Source: Marsupella aquatica (Eukaryota > Plantae > Marchantiophyta). Taken from it: 64,000 bases of DNA. Below the pieces are notes generated by a model. That model searched no databases and was not told where the DNA came from. It saw only the letters and a list, made by a program, of their open reading frames with translations. A program made the translations under genes and the position numbers. Where the stretch lies: positions 6,284,863 through 6,348,862 of the forward strand of contig OZ316893.1 in the NCBI GenBank assembly GCA_973895155.1. Reading direction: 5' to 3'. Below are positions 47,338 through 61,099 of this stretch, one piece after another (the stretch's first letter is position 1; each line of letters begins with the position of its first letter).

Positions 47338-47601
47338 CTCGGGGGTCTCACTCTATGGAGGTCTCCCCATCACCTGTGATATTTTTAGGCTTCAGGCCCC
47401 CTAAAGTGTTTTCAAAAAAAAGTAACCCCTATAATTAGATTAAAAATATTTTAATATCCTTATAAGTCTCAAAATTGGATTTAAATAAAAGAACCTATTG
47501 TTCTTCTAAGAGAATTCTTAAGTTTTCCCATAGAATCAATAAAATGATCATATCCTTTGTCGAACGTGATGTGTCATTTTTGTGGAAATGAAACCCCTGA
47601 G
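47338..47601. mobile_element. 264-bp MITE with an 8-bp TSD (one mismatch)
   Basis: TIR CTCGGGGGTCTCA / TGAAACCCCTGAG; flanks GGCTCCAA and GGCTCAAA. Confidence 0.75.
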
Positions 47602-48899
47602 GGCTCAAATCCATGATATGATCAATGGAGTGGCGCAAAATGTTTTCAATCACACTTTACATTTCATTGATCCAGTTTGCTTGCTTTCCATTGGGCCAAG
47701 ATTGGAGCTTCAAGACAAATAAGCTCCATGCTTTTGACAACATTGGTGAGCCATTTTCAAAAAGCATGACTTGACTTGATAATTACTTTCTCCACAAGGT
47801 AGTCAAAATGGTTATCTCTGATCCGCGACCTGTTTGTGTTTTACCAAAACCATCATCAAGAGAATTCAACCATAACTGAAGTAGAGTAGAAAAGCATGTT
47901 TTCTCCCACTTAGCTAGTTACAATCTAACAATCTCCATACGGCAATTCTTTTTTCATTTCCAATACTCCACAGAGTGTCTAGAGACTTGTAAATTGAATT
48001 TTTACCAACTTCTGTCTAGGGTCCCTTCCTCCAATATATATACCAACTTTATTGGAAGCTCTTCCAATGGGACACCAAGAAGCTGGTCCCACAAACTAGT
48101 TGAAGATACACCTTCCCTAGATCTTATCTTCCTCTTTTTTGTTTTATAAAACGTAGACGTACAAGTAACCTCCCAAATAGCCGCTTTTGGAGATAAACTT
48201 TAGCCTAAAGATATAATATTCCCCAGTCACAATTCGGCCAATGGCATCCAAGGAGAAGCTTTCCTCTTGTCTTTTACCGCTTTAGGCCCTTATTAGTACC
48301 GTGAAGTGATTTGTTTGTTTGTCCTGAAGCGCTCATTTCTCATACGTTCATACAAACCAGTTTTTCTAGGTGAATTTTTCCCAAATTTTAAATGAAATAC
48401 CTGGAAAATGCACTACTCTGGACACACTCAGAAACAAGAACTTGTTCACCAAAAGCTCTTAGCTAAGGAGCATCTCTAGCAGTGGATCAAATGAAGCTTT
48501 AACTGCTAAAACTAGCATATAGGGACGGAGTTTGGAGGGACAGCTTGCCAGTGGGTCTCCTATCCCTAAATAAACGGAGCCAGCCGCCATTTTCACAACC
48601 CTATATACCATATTGGGTATGAATGGCACCTCTATCCCAATCTGTATTTCCAACTCCGTTATAGATTCAACCACATGTCACAAGATTTGGATATGTTTAA
48701 GATTTTGAATTTGGGTATGTCAAAACATCATTTTGGAGAAGATAGAGAAGGCAAAATGACCAGTAACTGAATCCAATATCGTGGCTTTTCCACTGTCAAG
48801 GCCTCCAAATGATGGGCTAGAATTTGGGATTACAGTTATTCACCTATCCCTTTGAAGATGCTCTAAGAGGGTGGATTAGTAAGATCTAACACATGCGTT

Positions 48900-49770
48900 T
48901 AAATCTATGGATTGAAGTCTAACTCACATGCATATGTTATAACCTTTATAGCCTTTACCAGGGGAGGTGCCCAGCAAACACTACAACAAATTATGGAGCT
49001 GCTACACTGCTACAAAGGGTCTACGCAAGTGAACCTGATCAACACATAGGGGTGGACCTGGAGATGGGCCTAAGGAGAAAAGAAAGGGTGAAACGTTCAG
49101 ACCAAAACTTGGGCTCTTATGCTGCAACAACACAACACACCTACTGAAAACTCAATCGCAGATGTTTTTCACTTGACTCACCTGAAACTTGGAGGGGACG
49201 GTGGATTTATCTATGGACAAGCTGGGCTTCTCCCAATGTCAAGCTAGATTTCTGGAAAATACTTAATGTTGGGTTCTTTTCCTACTTGAGAGCTCTCAAG
49301 TGGGACAGGAGCAATGGAATGTGCACTGCATGCCAAGGTAACATTGAGACTATAGAACACATGTTCTATGACTGCCCAAGATTGAGATTCCGCTGGACTC
49401 AACTTGAACACATTGCTGAGGGAACCAGGCTTCGTAAGACAGTAGGATGTTCCTTTTGGGGGAAAATGGACACTGCCAGCATTCCATTTACAGAAGCGTG
49501 ACCCCGGTCTTCTGCTTCTGATCCATCAGATGATAAGCAACATCTGGATTGAAAGACGACAGCGAACTTATCATGCTAATGCCACCCGCTTCCCACTACA
49601 GCTTATCCTCCATGGAGCTGTTGTCAGTGCGCATGCCACCCTTCTGAGCACCAGAAGTGCTAAAAAAGTTCCATGCTTAAGTAGAACTCTCACTGACCTC
49701 AATGATATGACTGACAGGTCTACAACAAGAAATCATATCTCTAGTGTTAGTGTTACGGATGTATGAGTCT
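48900..49770 (+). mobile_element. L1-type LINE 3' remnant (zf-RVT region)
   Basis: FWKILNVGFFSYLRALKW...CTACQGNIETIEHMFYDCPRLRFRW, then ISNIWIERRQRTY. Confidence 0.8.
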
Positions 49771-50149
49771 AGAATTAACTTTAGAAGGCATTCTCCTCCC
49801 TGTCATGAGAATTGCAGATACAATAGGAGTATTAAGGGACCTGAGGGACAGAGAGGGGACAGACAGCCCCATGGTAAGACATATAGCATAACAAAATGTC
49901 AATTTAGCTTTGAGAAACACTATCCTCCATAATCATGTTTATGGTCAATCTAGGACTACTTTTGCTAGATACACTCAGATCCAGAGAGACACCACCATGA
50001 CTCTCATTGATCAGGATAGTTAATGGACCCACAGCCTTTATGTGACCAGGTGGTTGACCTAGGTTCAGTCACGGACCCAAGGTCATCTAGTCTCTGATGG
50101 GGTATTTCTGTGTTGCACTTGCTGTGGCTTAGGGCTAGGTTCCATGGGG

Positions 50150-50275
50150 TCTCAGTAATTGCACATCAAAATATGACATATATTATATGCGACACCCTTG
50201 CATACAGTGATAATACTAATTTTTTCCTTTCAATCAATGAATGCAGCCACATTTTGATGTGTGATTACCAGCCGG
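50150..50275. mobile_element. ~120-bp foldback MITE, homologue of 32271-32392
   Basis: GTAATTGCACATCAAAAT ... ATTTTGATGTGTGATTAC; flanked by repeated GGTTCCATGGGG. Confidence 0.65.
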
Positions 50276-53200
50276 GGGTTCCATGGGGCTGGGACTAAGG
50301 AGTACGGATGCTGTCAGAATTTTTAAGCCAATAAGATTGCAGCTTTTCCAGGGACTGAGGGGTGTACAAATACTGTATCAAGGAATATGATTTTCCCTCA
50401 CACTCCCTCTTAAATTTCAGGGGTACCCCCTGCCCCTGTATAAGAACAGTACAGGGCATTCTCATTGGCTCCTGAGTCAAAATTCATACATTTAAAATAT
50501 TGTATACACCTTGGCATACAATGTATTTGGGCCCTAGGGGATGTCAGAGGGAGTGACCGTATTCCCTACCCCTGGCCCATGGAATCTGGCCCTTAGTGTG
50601 ACCTGCGCTCTGGCCCACGGGTTGCTGTTGTGCGCTTTTGCCCTTTGTCTTCTTCTTTTCTTGCTGGTTTTTGCCGTGGTGGCTCTTAATTGATGGCGCT
50701 CTGCAGCTTCCCCTAATAATTATTTACGGACCCCACTAGAGGTTACTTCCAAAATTCCTGGCACCACAGCGTGCCACGTCAGCAACAACCGCAACAAACA
50801 AAAATGGTCATGTTTGCGCAACGAATAAACTCCTCTCCATCTTGTTTACGTCAGTTTTCGTGTAATTTTATGGACGCCATGCCGTCAAAACATAATGTAA
50901 AAGTAAATAAAAGTTCATCCAAATCTATTGATACAAAGGGCGAGATTAAAAACATTCACCCATATTCTCTTTACTTAAATTTATAAATGTTTTTTTATAA
51001 AAGTAAATAGTGTTCAACGTAAACAGTAACCGTATTCCTGTGTAACTGCCGAAATAAAACCGTCAGAACAAAAGAAGCACATCAACATTTCGAAAGGGAG
51101 GAAGGCTTTTGATGAAAGTAATGAAAAGAGGAAAGCTCGAAAGGAGTTTTGCCTCTTGAAGTGCAAAGTAAAGAGGAATGTTGGAGAAACAAAATAAAAA
51201 AAGATCAGAAGCCGAATGAAGAAAGGAAAAATGAGAACTGGTCGAGGATAGAAAAGAGGCGCAGCACATCTTAATCAGAAACAAATAGATCGAACAGAAA
51301 GAAGGAGAAGCAAAGAGAATCGATAAGGACATTGAGAAGATTGATAAGGACTGATCGACCTCAACTACTCTAGCAGATCACTGAAGCTCAACGTAGTAGT
51401 CCACTAATCAAATAAAAACAGGTGGGGGTCCACGAACTAATTTGTTTTATTTTAAAAACCCTTTATGACATAAAATGATTACTACTGACTTTTTGTTGCC
51501 AAAATTTTGGCAAAATGTTACCTAGAGCTTTTCTCCTCCTACTTGCTAAATCCTTATCCAACTAGGACGGTCAATAACCAGGTCGAACGGCTCTTCTTAA
51601 ATCTAGAGAATTGAACAGGTCATATCCATCTATCAGAAATTGTATGCCAGATCTTATTTCCAAAGGAAGGAGAGAAATAACCCGGTAATGAAGCCACTCA
51701 CACTGGTTTTCCAACTTAGAAGAAACAAAAAAAGGCATACCCAGAATTTTTCCAGTTGCAAGAATTTGCAAAATCACACCTCACTCAAGAGGCTGGCCAG
51801 GTTGTTTCTTTAAATGGACAATTTCCCACCCAGCCACAGACCTTAATAACTATATCTGACACTGATCTCTAAATTTAGAAATCTAACACCCCCCCCCCCA
51901 AAAAAAAAATATAGTTTTTATCTAGTAAAACTAGATTAAGAATATTCTTAGCATCTTCATCAGCACCCACACATTAGATAGTCTCTACCCCACCCCAAAG
52001 CCAGGATCTGACTGTCATTATTAAATTTAGAAAGATCTAAGGGTGAAATTACACTAGATTAGTAAGATTCTTAGCATCTTGTTCTTCTCACACTTCTTCT
52101 CTCCCAGCCTTCCAGGGTCACAATCGCCACCCCGTGGAAAAATACGAAGCCTACGCTGTTCGTACCTAAAGCGGCGGAGGGGGTACGCGTTGGGCATACT
52201 CGAATTGGCCCCCCAAAACTTACTCTCACTTTGCTCGTTACCGCCCAAAACCCACCCCGGCGGAAGAAACCTATATAAAGGCAGAAGAGTCGCTCCATTA
52301 TCGTAGAATCCATCGCTCCCTCCCTCACTCTCCCTCTGTCCCTTTTTCTGTCACCTTCTTCCTCTGTTCCCGCAACACTGGATCCGGAAGAACTGAAGAA
52401 GGGCTCGGATCGCCATCGCTTGAAGCACCGTGACACCGCCTTCCGTCAGTGCTGAAGATCGGTGAGATATGATCCCTAGAAAGCACCTCGAGTGAGTGAA
52501 TGGGTGAGTGAGTGAGCTAGCTCGGCGCGTTGCGGAATGTGGAGTGTGCGTAGAGGAGGAGGATGAGGCAGTGAGTGGGTCCGCCCTCGAGCTATCAGTC
52601 ATCAGTGAGATCTCGTCGCTGCGAAGAGCACGATTGGCCCGCGCCGTGTGTAGAGAGGTTTACAGATACCCTCTGCCCTGATGCTTGTCACACATCGAGT
52701 GTTGCTCCTGCTTTCGTGGAGCGTACTCGAAGGAGAGAGAGCAGAGACATCAGGCGCTAGTTTCTGTGCTACCTGAGTCGGGAAAGATTGGTAGACTTGC
52801 GGCTCTCGTAGCTGGTAGGTCGGTGAGCTTTTGTTGGGCGGAACTACTTGCAAACAAAGTGTTCTTTGTGTGGAGGGCGAGAGGATTCCGATCTACGACG
52901 CGCAGCTATTTACGTTACGATGCCTGTGACGGAATCTAGTGACGCCGCCACTTTTAACCGATATTCTTCGTTACTGGTTTCTTGCTCGTTCATCGTGTTG
53001 ACACATTTGATGCACAAATCGCGAGAAGCAGGTCACAGTTGCTGAAGCACGTCTCGTCAGGATTTTCCTACAGCAGTTTCTTCTCCCTGTTTGCCGAAAC
53101 TACAGAAAGCCTCGTTTTTGAGGGTATTTATTCAAGACTGGGAAAATTCCCAAGGAGGAATATCGGAGGTCTTCGGTATGCTCCGTCATGGAGAGCAGAT

Positions 53201-54844
53201 TACAGCCATCGATTCGGTCCCGGTCGAGGATACTCTAATTACATCCTTCATCCACTTCGCCTGAGGATTTTAAGCACTCCAAATACACGAAGGGTCGAAA
53301 AATAGCGATCTCATAATATGCGCACTTCAGGAAAGCTTAACGACCGACGACATTGAATACTCTCTACAGATCTGGTAAGTGGCCATGGCGCACTCGAGTC
53401 TTATCACTTCCGACTACGAGGAGCCCCGTACCCCTCCTTTGAGATCTAGACGCCGTCGAAGGAAAGAAGGAAGGAGAGGTGATACCATCTCGTCAAGTAG
53501 TAGTGGCCTGACCATGGACACCATGCCAGCATCGTTGAACACTTTACCCGTGTCTGTTCCGATGTTCGTCAAGGGAAATAGGCGCGACAGGCCGGCCGAA
53601 TGTAGTAGTGCGGCGTCGAGACACTGCAACACTAGTTTTCCAAGTTCCGTTTTATTACTGCCTAGCACCGGTCTGAAATTAGGTCACATGTTAAGTCTTA
53701 TCAAACAAGATGACGTCGAGTTCAAGCACCATGCTCACTGCTCTCAGATATGCTTTCCTTCGAAGAAAGTGGGTCCACGAATGATGCTTCCGCTGAAATC
53801 ACGTCGTCTTCGGGGTCTCATTGCGCTGGCTCACCATCTTGATGAAGAGGATTGTTTGAGTAGAGTACCTGCGAGTGTTTTGCCTGAATCGTTCCAACCG
53901 CCAACGCCGATCCCCAATGTTGCCGCCATTCCTTCCACTGCATAGCTGTCCGCTATTTGTTGTTGACAGGAGTTTCGTTCAGAGATGGACCCGTCGCTCC
54001 TCTCCCCCTCCCTTCAACTTATGGAGTTGCAAGTGTCCACGATCTCTTCCAGAATTATTAGGATAGACACCGTAGCGCTTACCCACGTTAGGCTCGAGAA
54101 CGATGGAAAGCGTCTTAAAACTTTTAGAAAAGATCACTGCTGTAGGATAGAACTGCCACCTTGACGTCGTCTTCGTTTAAGCCTCTGGACGACTAACAAA
54201 GTTTGCTATTAGCGGAAATGAGCAGTTCGAATCGTCAACTGTTAAAGTGAAGACGAACAGGAACCCGTAAAAGAAAACCTTGGGAGGAATCTGGTCATTC
54301 CCGAGAAAGCACACCAAAACTCATGGAGATGAAATCTAGCTACTCGAACACTACCAGATAGTGCACATGCTCGGGCCAATTATTTCGCCCAAAACCGGAA
54401 CGGAAGTTGTACACCATCTCAAATTTTGGAAGATAAGTCAAAAGAGGGTCAAGATTTCAAGTCTCTCCCTCCACATGGAAAATCACACAAAACGAACTCT
54501 GGTCTCACATGAGCGTCACGGATGGTGCATCAAATCGTTGTCAAGCTTTCTGTGAGTTGGCCGTTCAGACACGGAACCATGTCCGTCGTCACCGCAGCAC
54601 TGAAACGTAGCTCTGAAGCTTTGGTCACCGCAGCACTGAAAACTAGTTCTCCGTACTCCAATTGAGAGATCACTGTTGTGAATGGGTGGGTGAGGATCCT
54701 TTCGGACCAGGAAGGTTCCGAACCCTTTTCGAGACGTGACTCTTATCAATAACGGATGGCCACCGATCCTTTCGTGGACGGCAAGATCGGACGCCTCTTG
54801 AGAGTTGTGAAAAGGAAACCACCACGTCAAACCTTTCCCCTCAC

Positions 54845-54975
54845 TAACACCCTGGTACTGTAAAACTTTACTTCTTTACTTGTCTTTCACCTTGCACCTG
54901 TAACCCCCTAACACTCGGGTACTGTGAGGTTTACATCATTACTTGTCTTTCACCTTCCACCTGTAACACCCTGCC
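54845..54975. repeat. ~60-bp tandem duplication
   Basis: TACTTGTCTTTCACCTT.CACCTGTAAC occurs twice. Confidence 0.75.
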
Positions 54976-57297
54976 TGACACGGTGCCAAGGGTTACAAGC
55001 CCTTATGGTGTACAACCCTCAGGTAGTTTCTGCTTTGTATTTCTGTGGATGAATTCACCCGCCAATTCTCAACCTGGTTAGTGGTTAGAACATTTGGGCC
55101 CAGTGACTAGCCTGTGGGCCGTGTTATCCAATTCCAGGCACAACGTTCAGATCAAAAAGAGAGTAAAATTGCACTTAGTTAATCCATTGTCATAAGGGTG
55201 CCCATGGCTCTAACCCCCTTACTGTAGATTCCCGGCCCTTGTGGATTACATCCCACAACCCTCTTGGGACTATTAGTTACCTTAAAAGTAATCCTCTGGT
55301 GCTGTAACCCGCGGCCCTAGTTGTGCAGAGGTTATGAAACTTCAGCATCCCATTGCCTGCATCCCCTGGCCCTGCCGTCTTCCCCTTGAACATAGCAAAA
55401 ATCAATTTTTTAGAGTACTGTGAAAAAGTAGTGTCAACTCAAACATATCGTCACTTTAACACTATGCCCTGTCGTTTTGTTCAAGTATGATGTTACGTTT
55501 GAATGTGACTCTGATCAAATACAACTCCCAAATGTCACACTGATCAAATACAAACACAGAGGAAGAAGCACAAGAAGATAGAACGTGAAGAAGTAAACTC
55601 TCAATTCACTTGGATTCAACAATGAGGGAGTACAATTGGACTATTCTCATTCAGTTTGACTCAACAATGAGGAAGTTAGCCTCTACAAAATTGTTCAAAA
55701 AAACTTTTTTTTGTGTACTCAACAATGAGGAAGTTAGCCTCTACAAAAAATTTCAAAAAACCTGTTTTGCGTGCTCCACTACTTGTGTATTTGGAAATTT
55801 GCACTGTCTTTGAGTAGCAGTTGTTTGCTCAACAATTCACAGGTTATAGGTTGCCATCATTGAGGCGCATGGCCTTCTCAAACCCATGGTTATGCCACAC
55901 ACATAGCATGTTCATCCTACTACATGCCTACTTTGACTTATCTGAAAGAATTGAAATGAGGAGACATTTTAATTTGAAAATCAAGTATTGAAAGAATGAT
56001 TATAAGATAGTTAATGAAAAAACTACATACCTTTTTAAAAGTGAGAAAGGTACAATACTACATGTGCATTAATTTCTAGATACTAGTCAATGTACTTGTA
56101 TAAGTACAACACATTATGATTCAAAGAACGTGAACTACTTAACTTTGTTTTTTTTTTATTTTCTGCTTTATTTGGGCTCTTTATTTAGGTGACACCTGTT
56201 CATGAATAAACCATGAACAATGTAAATACTATAACCAATGGAATATATGGTGCACTCATCAATGAATAGTGTACTAGTTGCTTGGTTGAAGGGTCCAACT
56301 TCTCATGCAAGTAAGGATATATGCCCCTCAAAAATGTTACTCAAAGTGTTTTAAAAAATATAGGGTACCTAACAAAAACTAAGGAAATTAAGAAAGTTAA
56401 AGGGGTTGCCAAAAACTATCAAATTGTAAATAAGACATGGCTGAAGCATGAACTAGGCCAAATTAACATAAAACCACATTTCAATCAAATTGAATGAGAC
56501 AAGATAACCAAAGAGTGTCCCACCATATAGCAGCCTTGAAAAAAATCCCACACTAACCATCTTGAATTATATTCTGTTAGATAACTAAATAGATTGAGTT
56601 TATAACAGTCCTTTGAGGTTGGGTTAACTATCATTAATAGGCAACGGATCTCAGACTAACACACCGTGTCAACCCCTGACCACTATACTGTGCATCTCCA
56701 TATACACCGAGGCTGACAGTACATTAGCTTACATTACTCATCTAAAATCATGCACCACCTCTCGTCCGTTATGGTTGGTTGGTTCGCCTCCTTTCTAGTA
56801 GTGGTGGCATCTATTTGACTCTTTATTGAGCCTACGAGTGTAGTTTCCATTTCAAGGCACAAACAAATGCCCTTGAACATTCACTGAGAGTTTTCTATTA
56901 AGGGGGGATTGTCAAAGCGCTAGCCGTGCAACGGCTTGTAGGCTGGGAAAATTGCTGGCCCCGTCTCCGGCTTAAATTTTTTTAATAATTTGTGTTGTAT
57001 AATTTTCAATTACTAGCTACAAGTACTGTGGCTTGTAACACATGATATTAAACCAACCCAAGAAAAATTGCACCGGAACCTATGATGCATTTAGAAACAT
57101 AGCGTACACGTTTGAAAGTTGCAAACTCTCCTTGTTGTGGTTTTTATAATCTTGGTCTGGGACCTTCAATTGTTTCTGCCTTTCCCAAAAATGTGCCAAA
57201 AAAGTACTGTAGATTTCTTAATATGCATGAAGTGGAGTCAAAGTCTCATGGACAAAAGCCTAATTGTTGCAAGTCAGCCATAATGACACTCCCTAAG

Positions 57298-57600
57298 CCC
57301 GGGGTCCTCACTTATTTCCTTTCTACCCATCAGGCAAACATAAGTATAGGGTTTGTATATTGGGTTGAGAAGAATACTTTTAAATTTCCGTAGAAGAACA
57401 TTAGGGTTTTTTAAATCCAATTTTGAAAATTATAAGAGAAGAAAGGTTTTAGAAATGATTTTGGGAATATTTTTACTTAGAATATTCCAAAAAGATAGGG
57501 GTAGAACAATAGTTCAAAAAACAATCCTTATTTTTTAGGGTGTTTAATAGCTAAAAATGTCGAGCGTGTTATGAGACCCCCTTTAGAGTGAGGCCCCGAG
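57298..57600. mobile_element. 303-bp MITE, homologue of 17045-17350
   Basis: CCCGGGGTCCTCAC ... GTGAGGCCCCGAG with a shared interior; no TSD seen. Confidence 0.75.
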
Positions 57601-59479
57601 ACCAAGAAAGTACTCATTGTGAGTAATAGGTCAAGAGTGGTTGTCGGCATCACATACCACCATAAGCTCCAGTTAACCTGATTGTCATGTTATGAGTAGG
57701 ATTGCCAATGAAGACAAGTGCTTGAAGTTATGGTCCCGACTTGATAGGGGTTGGGGGTCAAAAGTAGGGGACATTTGAAGCTGGCCTGGGGTTGCTAGAG
57801 GTATATATAAGGAGAACATATGCTATAAGACCCCTCACAAGCCATTAGTTAACAAAGATAGATAATTGAACTCTGTCACTACTTCCTCTAAGCCAAAGAA
57901 TCAAAGAGCAGCACAAGAACATGCATGCAAATTAAGGAAGTAATAGGGAACATTGGATGGCTTCCAAGGTAACTTGAGATGCACCCTCAGGCAGGTGGTC
58001 TTGGTGTGCTCACACCTGTCGAGCCATCGTTGTTATCTGCAGCAAACCCCGCAGCAAACGGGCCTTTGATTGAGATTCACTCTGGCAATCTCAAGGAGCT
58101 AATGGAAGCACTACAAAACAAGCAACAGGGGCTGCCCAGAGAAAAGGTCAGTAGCTGGACCCTGCATCACGGTTGGGTCCTACACTACTCTTGGTGGCCA
58201 GATCAGAAGACTTTATCACAATGTGTGAGAATTTTACTTACACTCGCAACCCAGACCTGCCATTCATACCAAAAGCAGGCTAACTTGAGAATTCGTACAG
58301 GGTCAGCACAACAAGGACCAGGGCTCAGGTTAAAGCATGCGTTGATGGAATTATTTACAAGTTGGGGCAAGGTAAAATTGTGTTTGTAATTCATATGTTT
58401 TATAAACACCTACCCCCACACCTACTTTGGATTACATCTCTGTAGTTTGTAACATTTGCAGTTGAGCCCCCTAGCAACCATCAGTGCCTTATGTGACTGA
58501 GATAAACAGAATGTTAATTACACACTGACCCTTTTACACATTCAAGTGCAGTGAGATGGCTCATCAAACAAAATCAAGGAGCCTCACTGTCTACCTTCTT
58601 GTAACCAAAAATTAAACTGTGCATTTATACTCACAATGTGAATCCTACACACTCATATCTAACAAGAAAAATGTCTGCATGGCCTGCAATTAAGAAAATA
58701 TTAGACAGGCCGGAGGCAATGAAAAAAGGACCCTGACCTTTTAATTTCAAAAATTGTGTGTTGCCCCATATGCTATGGAGTAACTTTCACATCCAAACAT
58801 TATATCTCATAGCATATGTTATGTAGTCAGTCAGACCTAAACTTGTGGTATCCAAACATTATGCCCTACCAAATTTCATAGATTAGTCCCTACAAACTAA
58901 CCATTGACAGCAACGTCTGTTTCTTTTGGTCACCTGGTGAACGGAAGAAACTATAGTTTCGCTACAACTCTCACTAGGTTCGAGAATTCTAACTCCATAT
59001 TCTTTGTACCATCTGGGCCAAGAACCTACTGTAGGTCCAGGACAGGTTCCGACCATGGGTTGGCTACAAATTAAGGTAACCAAATTGGCACTGGAGGGCT
59101 TAGGGAAAGGAAATTAATGATAAATGATGCCAACAAAGAATCATCAATAGGGACATAAACAAAATATCAAAAAGCACGTCTAGGCAAGATTGCTCTGGCA
59201 TAATCTAAGACTGAAATTAGCTCCATGTGGGGCTCTTTGCTACTATCATATCAATTTTTGTATAAAGTGGAAGCAACAGTGAGGTTATGGGTTCGCCACG
59301 TGGAATTCATAGAGTCTTACTTGTATATCTAGAACACCCCATATTCCTTTCCCCCTGTGGATCTATCAGCATCGCTAATAGCATCCAGTTTATTACATTA
59401 ATGTGCACACTTTTATGTGTCTGGAGTGACAAAGAACATGCCAAACTGTGAAAAAACATGAACTCTATGTGCGAAATTT

Positions 59480-59900
59480 GCAATAGTTGCAAAAGTATTT
59501 TGTTGTGGTAAAGTATATGCATCATGGATCCTATCGGGGATCCTCCAAGGATTAAAGTTGTGCCTTGCCATTGAGAGACATCCTCTCCTGGAATTCGTGG
59601 CCCAGATCCTTTTTCCAAATCGCGGAATGCCATGAGCCCGACGGAAACGACTGTAGGCCTGCAGGAAAATCCTTTCTGGGCAGATTGAACGAAAGGTGAT
59701 CCAATCGTTGAGTCCAGAATGATGATCCAGCTTTCTGCTACTGGATCTGTGAGACGAGAGACAGAACGGTCCCACCAATACTGAAGGAAAGGGAAGACCT
59801 GCGAAGCTTGGCTATGGCTGTCCGTTCTTCCGAATATTTGATGCCCCCCGTCGTGTATGGCCACGCTCTTCCTGAGTCGAAATTGGGGCCTTGTCAAACA
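59480..59900 (-). mobile_element. Possible decayed LINE endonuclease fragment
   Basis: Frame-hopping GGTVL...WITF...IW...MA..FN, loosely like an APE domain. Confidence 0.3.
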
Positions 59901-61099
59901 TTCACACCATCCCCCTTTTGGGAATCCACGCCGTCCTGACAGGAACAGCTGCTTGACAGTAATGTTAGCTCATTGTCAGATTTCCTCGAGCATCCGTCAC
60001 AACTGCAATCACATTGTAAGTGCTCATGACAGAGGATCATGGTGAGGAGGAGAAACCTGGGCAGTTTGGAGCTCCGTCTGTGTTGTAGATTGTGACCTGT
60101 GGGCAGTTGACCGGGAACAGGAGTGTCGACTTTACGTTGGAGGGAATCGGAGGGGAGCATCACCTTTATTGTGATGAGAATTGGAGGTGCAGAAACATCG
60201 TAGAAACCTCGTAGAGCTGAATTGAAAGAGGTGCGCACTCGTTTACAAATCCCTAGTAGCGAAAAGGACTCGCTTTTGTTACATTCTCACACAAAATGTC
60301 ATCCACCCGCTCTGTTGTCGACCCAATTCTTCCTCCCGTTTAGTTGAAGTCTACTTTCTGTTTCTCTGTGATGCAAAGGAAGGCAAGGTTATACCTCGGC
60401 ATTACCCATGAGAATCGGTCCTTTCTGTTGGTGCATTCTTGTTAGTTTTGAAGTTCGTACGGTCGACAGTCGATACTCTGGACCTGATTCTACACGTAGA
60501 CCCTCCCCACGGCAGTAGCATAAAATCTTGTCACACCAGTTCAATTAGGTGTACACCATTTGGGAGGTACGCGTGCCTTCTTAGCCCACAGATCAACGGC
60601 CGAGGAATACCCCTGAAATGGTCATTTTGGTTTGAAGCCCCACTCGATAGTCTAGGCGGTGCAGACCTATTGGAGTTCCCGCATCAAGTCCGCATCCAAT
60701 TGACTGATTTCTCCGGAGAGAGCGACCAAAGTCTCGATGCCTTGCTGTCAGAGAAATGTTGTTGCAATTTGCATTGACTCATGACGTGTGGACTGTGAGT
60801 AAGCCTAAAGGAAATCCCGAGGTCTCTTTACCGTGCGAAGGTGGTCCACGACGTTCTAATTATAGGGTTGTACCTCATGGATTTATTCCGAAGTTTTGAA
60901 GAAGTTCTGATTGTTGCCAGGGACTGTAAGCGTGAGGGTTGCCGAGAGCTTTCATGAACTGAGCATATGTTCGTCATTTGGGTTCTTTCCTGCCGTTAGC
61001 TCACTGGTCCCGGATTGCTGTTGTGTGCAGGGGAGTTTCAAAGCATAATCAATTAGGTTCGATAGAGTTTGAAGAGGTTTTGGTTGTAATTGGACACTG

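Noticed and set aside
50736-51527. Possible TIR pair around an AT-rich segment
   Set aside because: The inverted match is weak and gapped, and no TSD was found.
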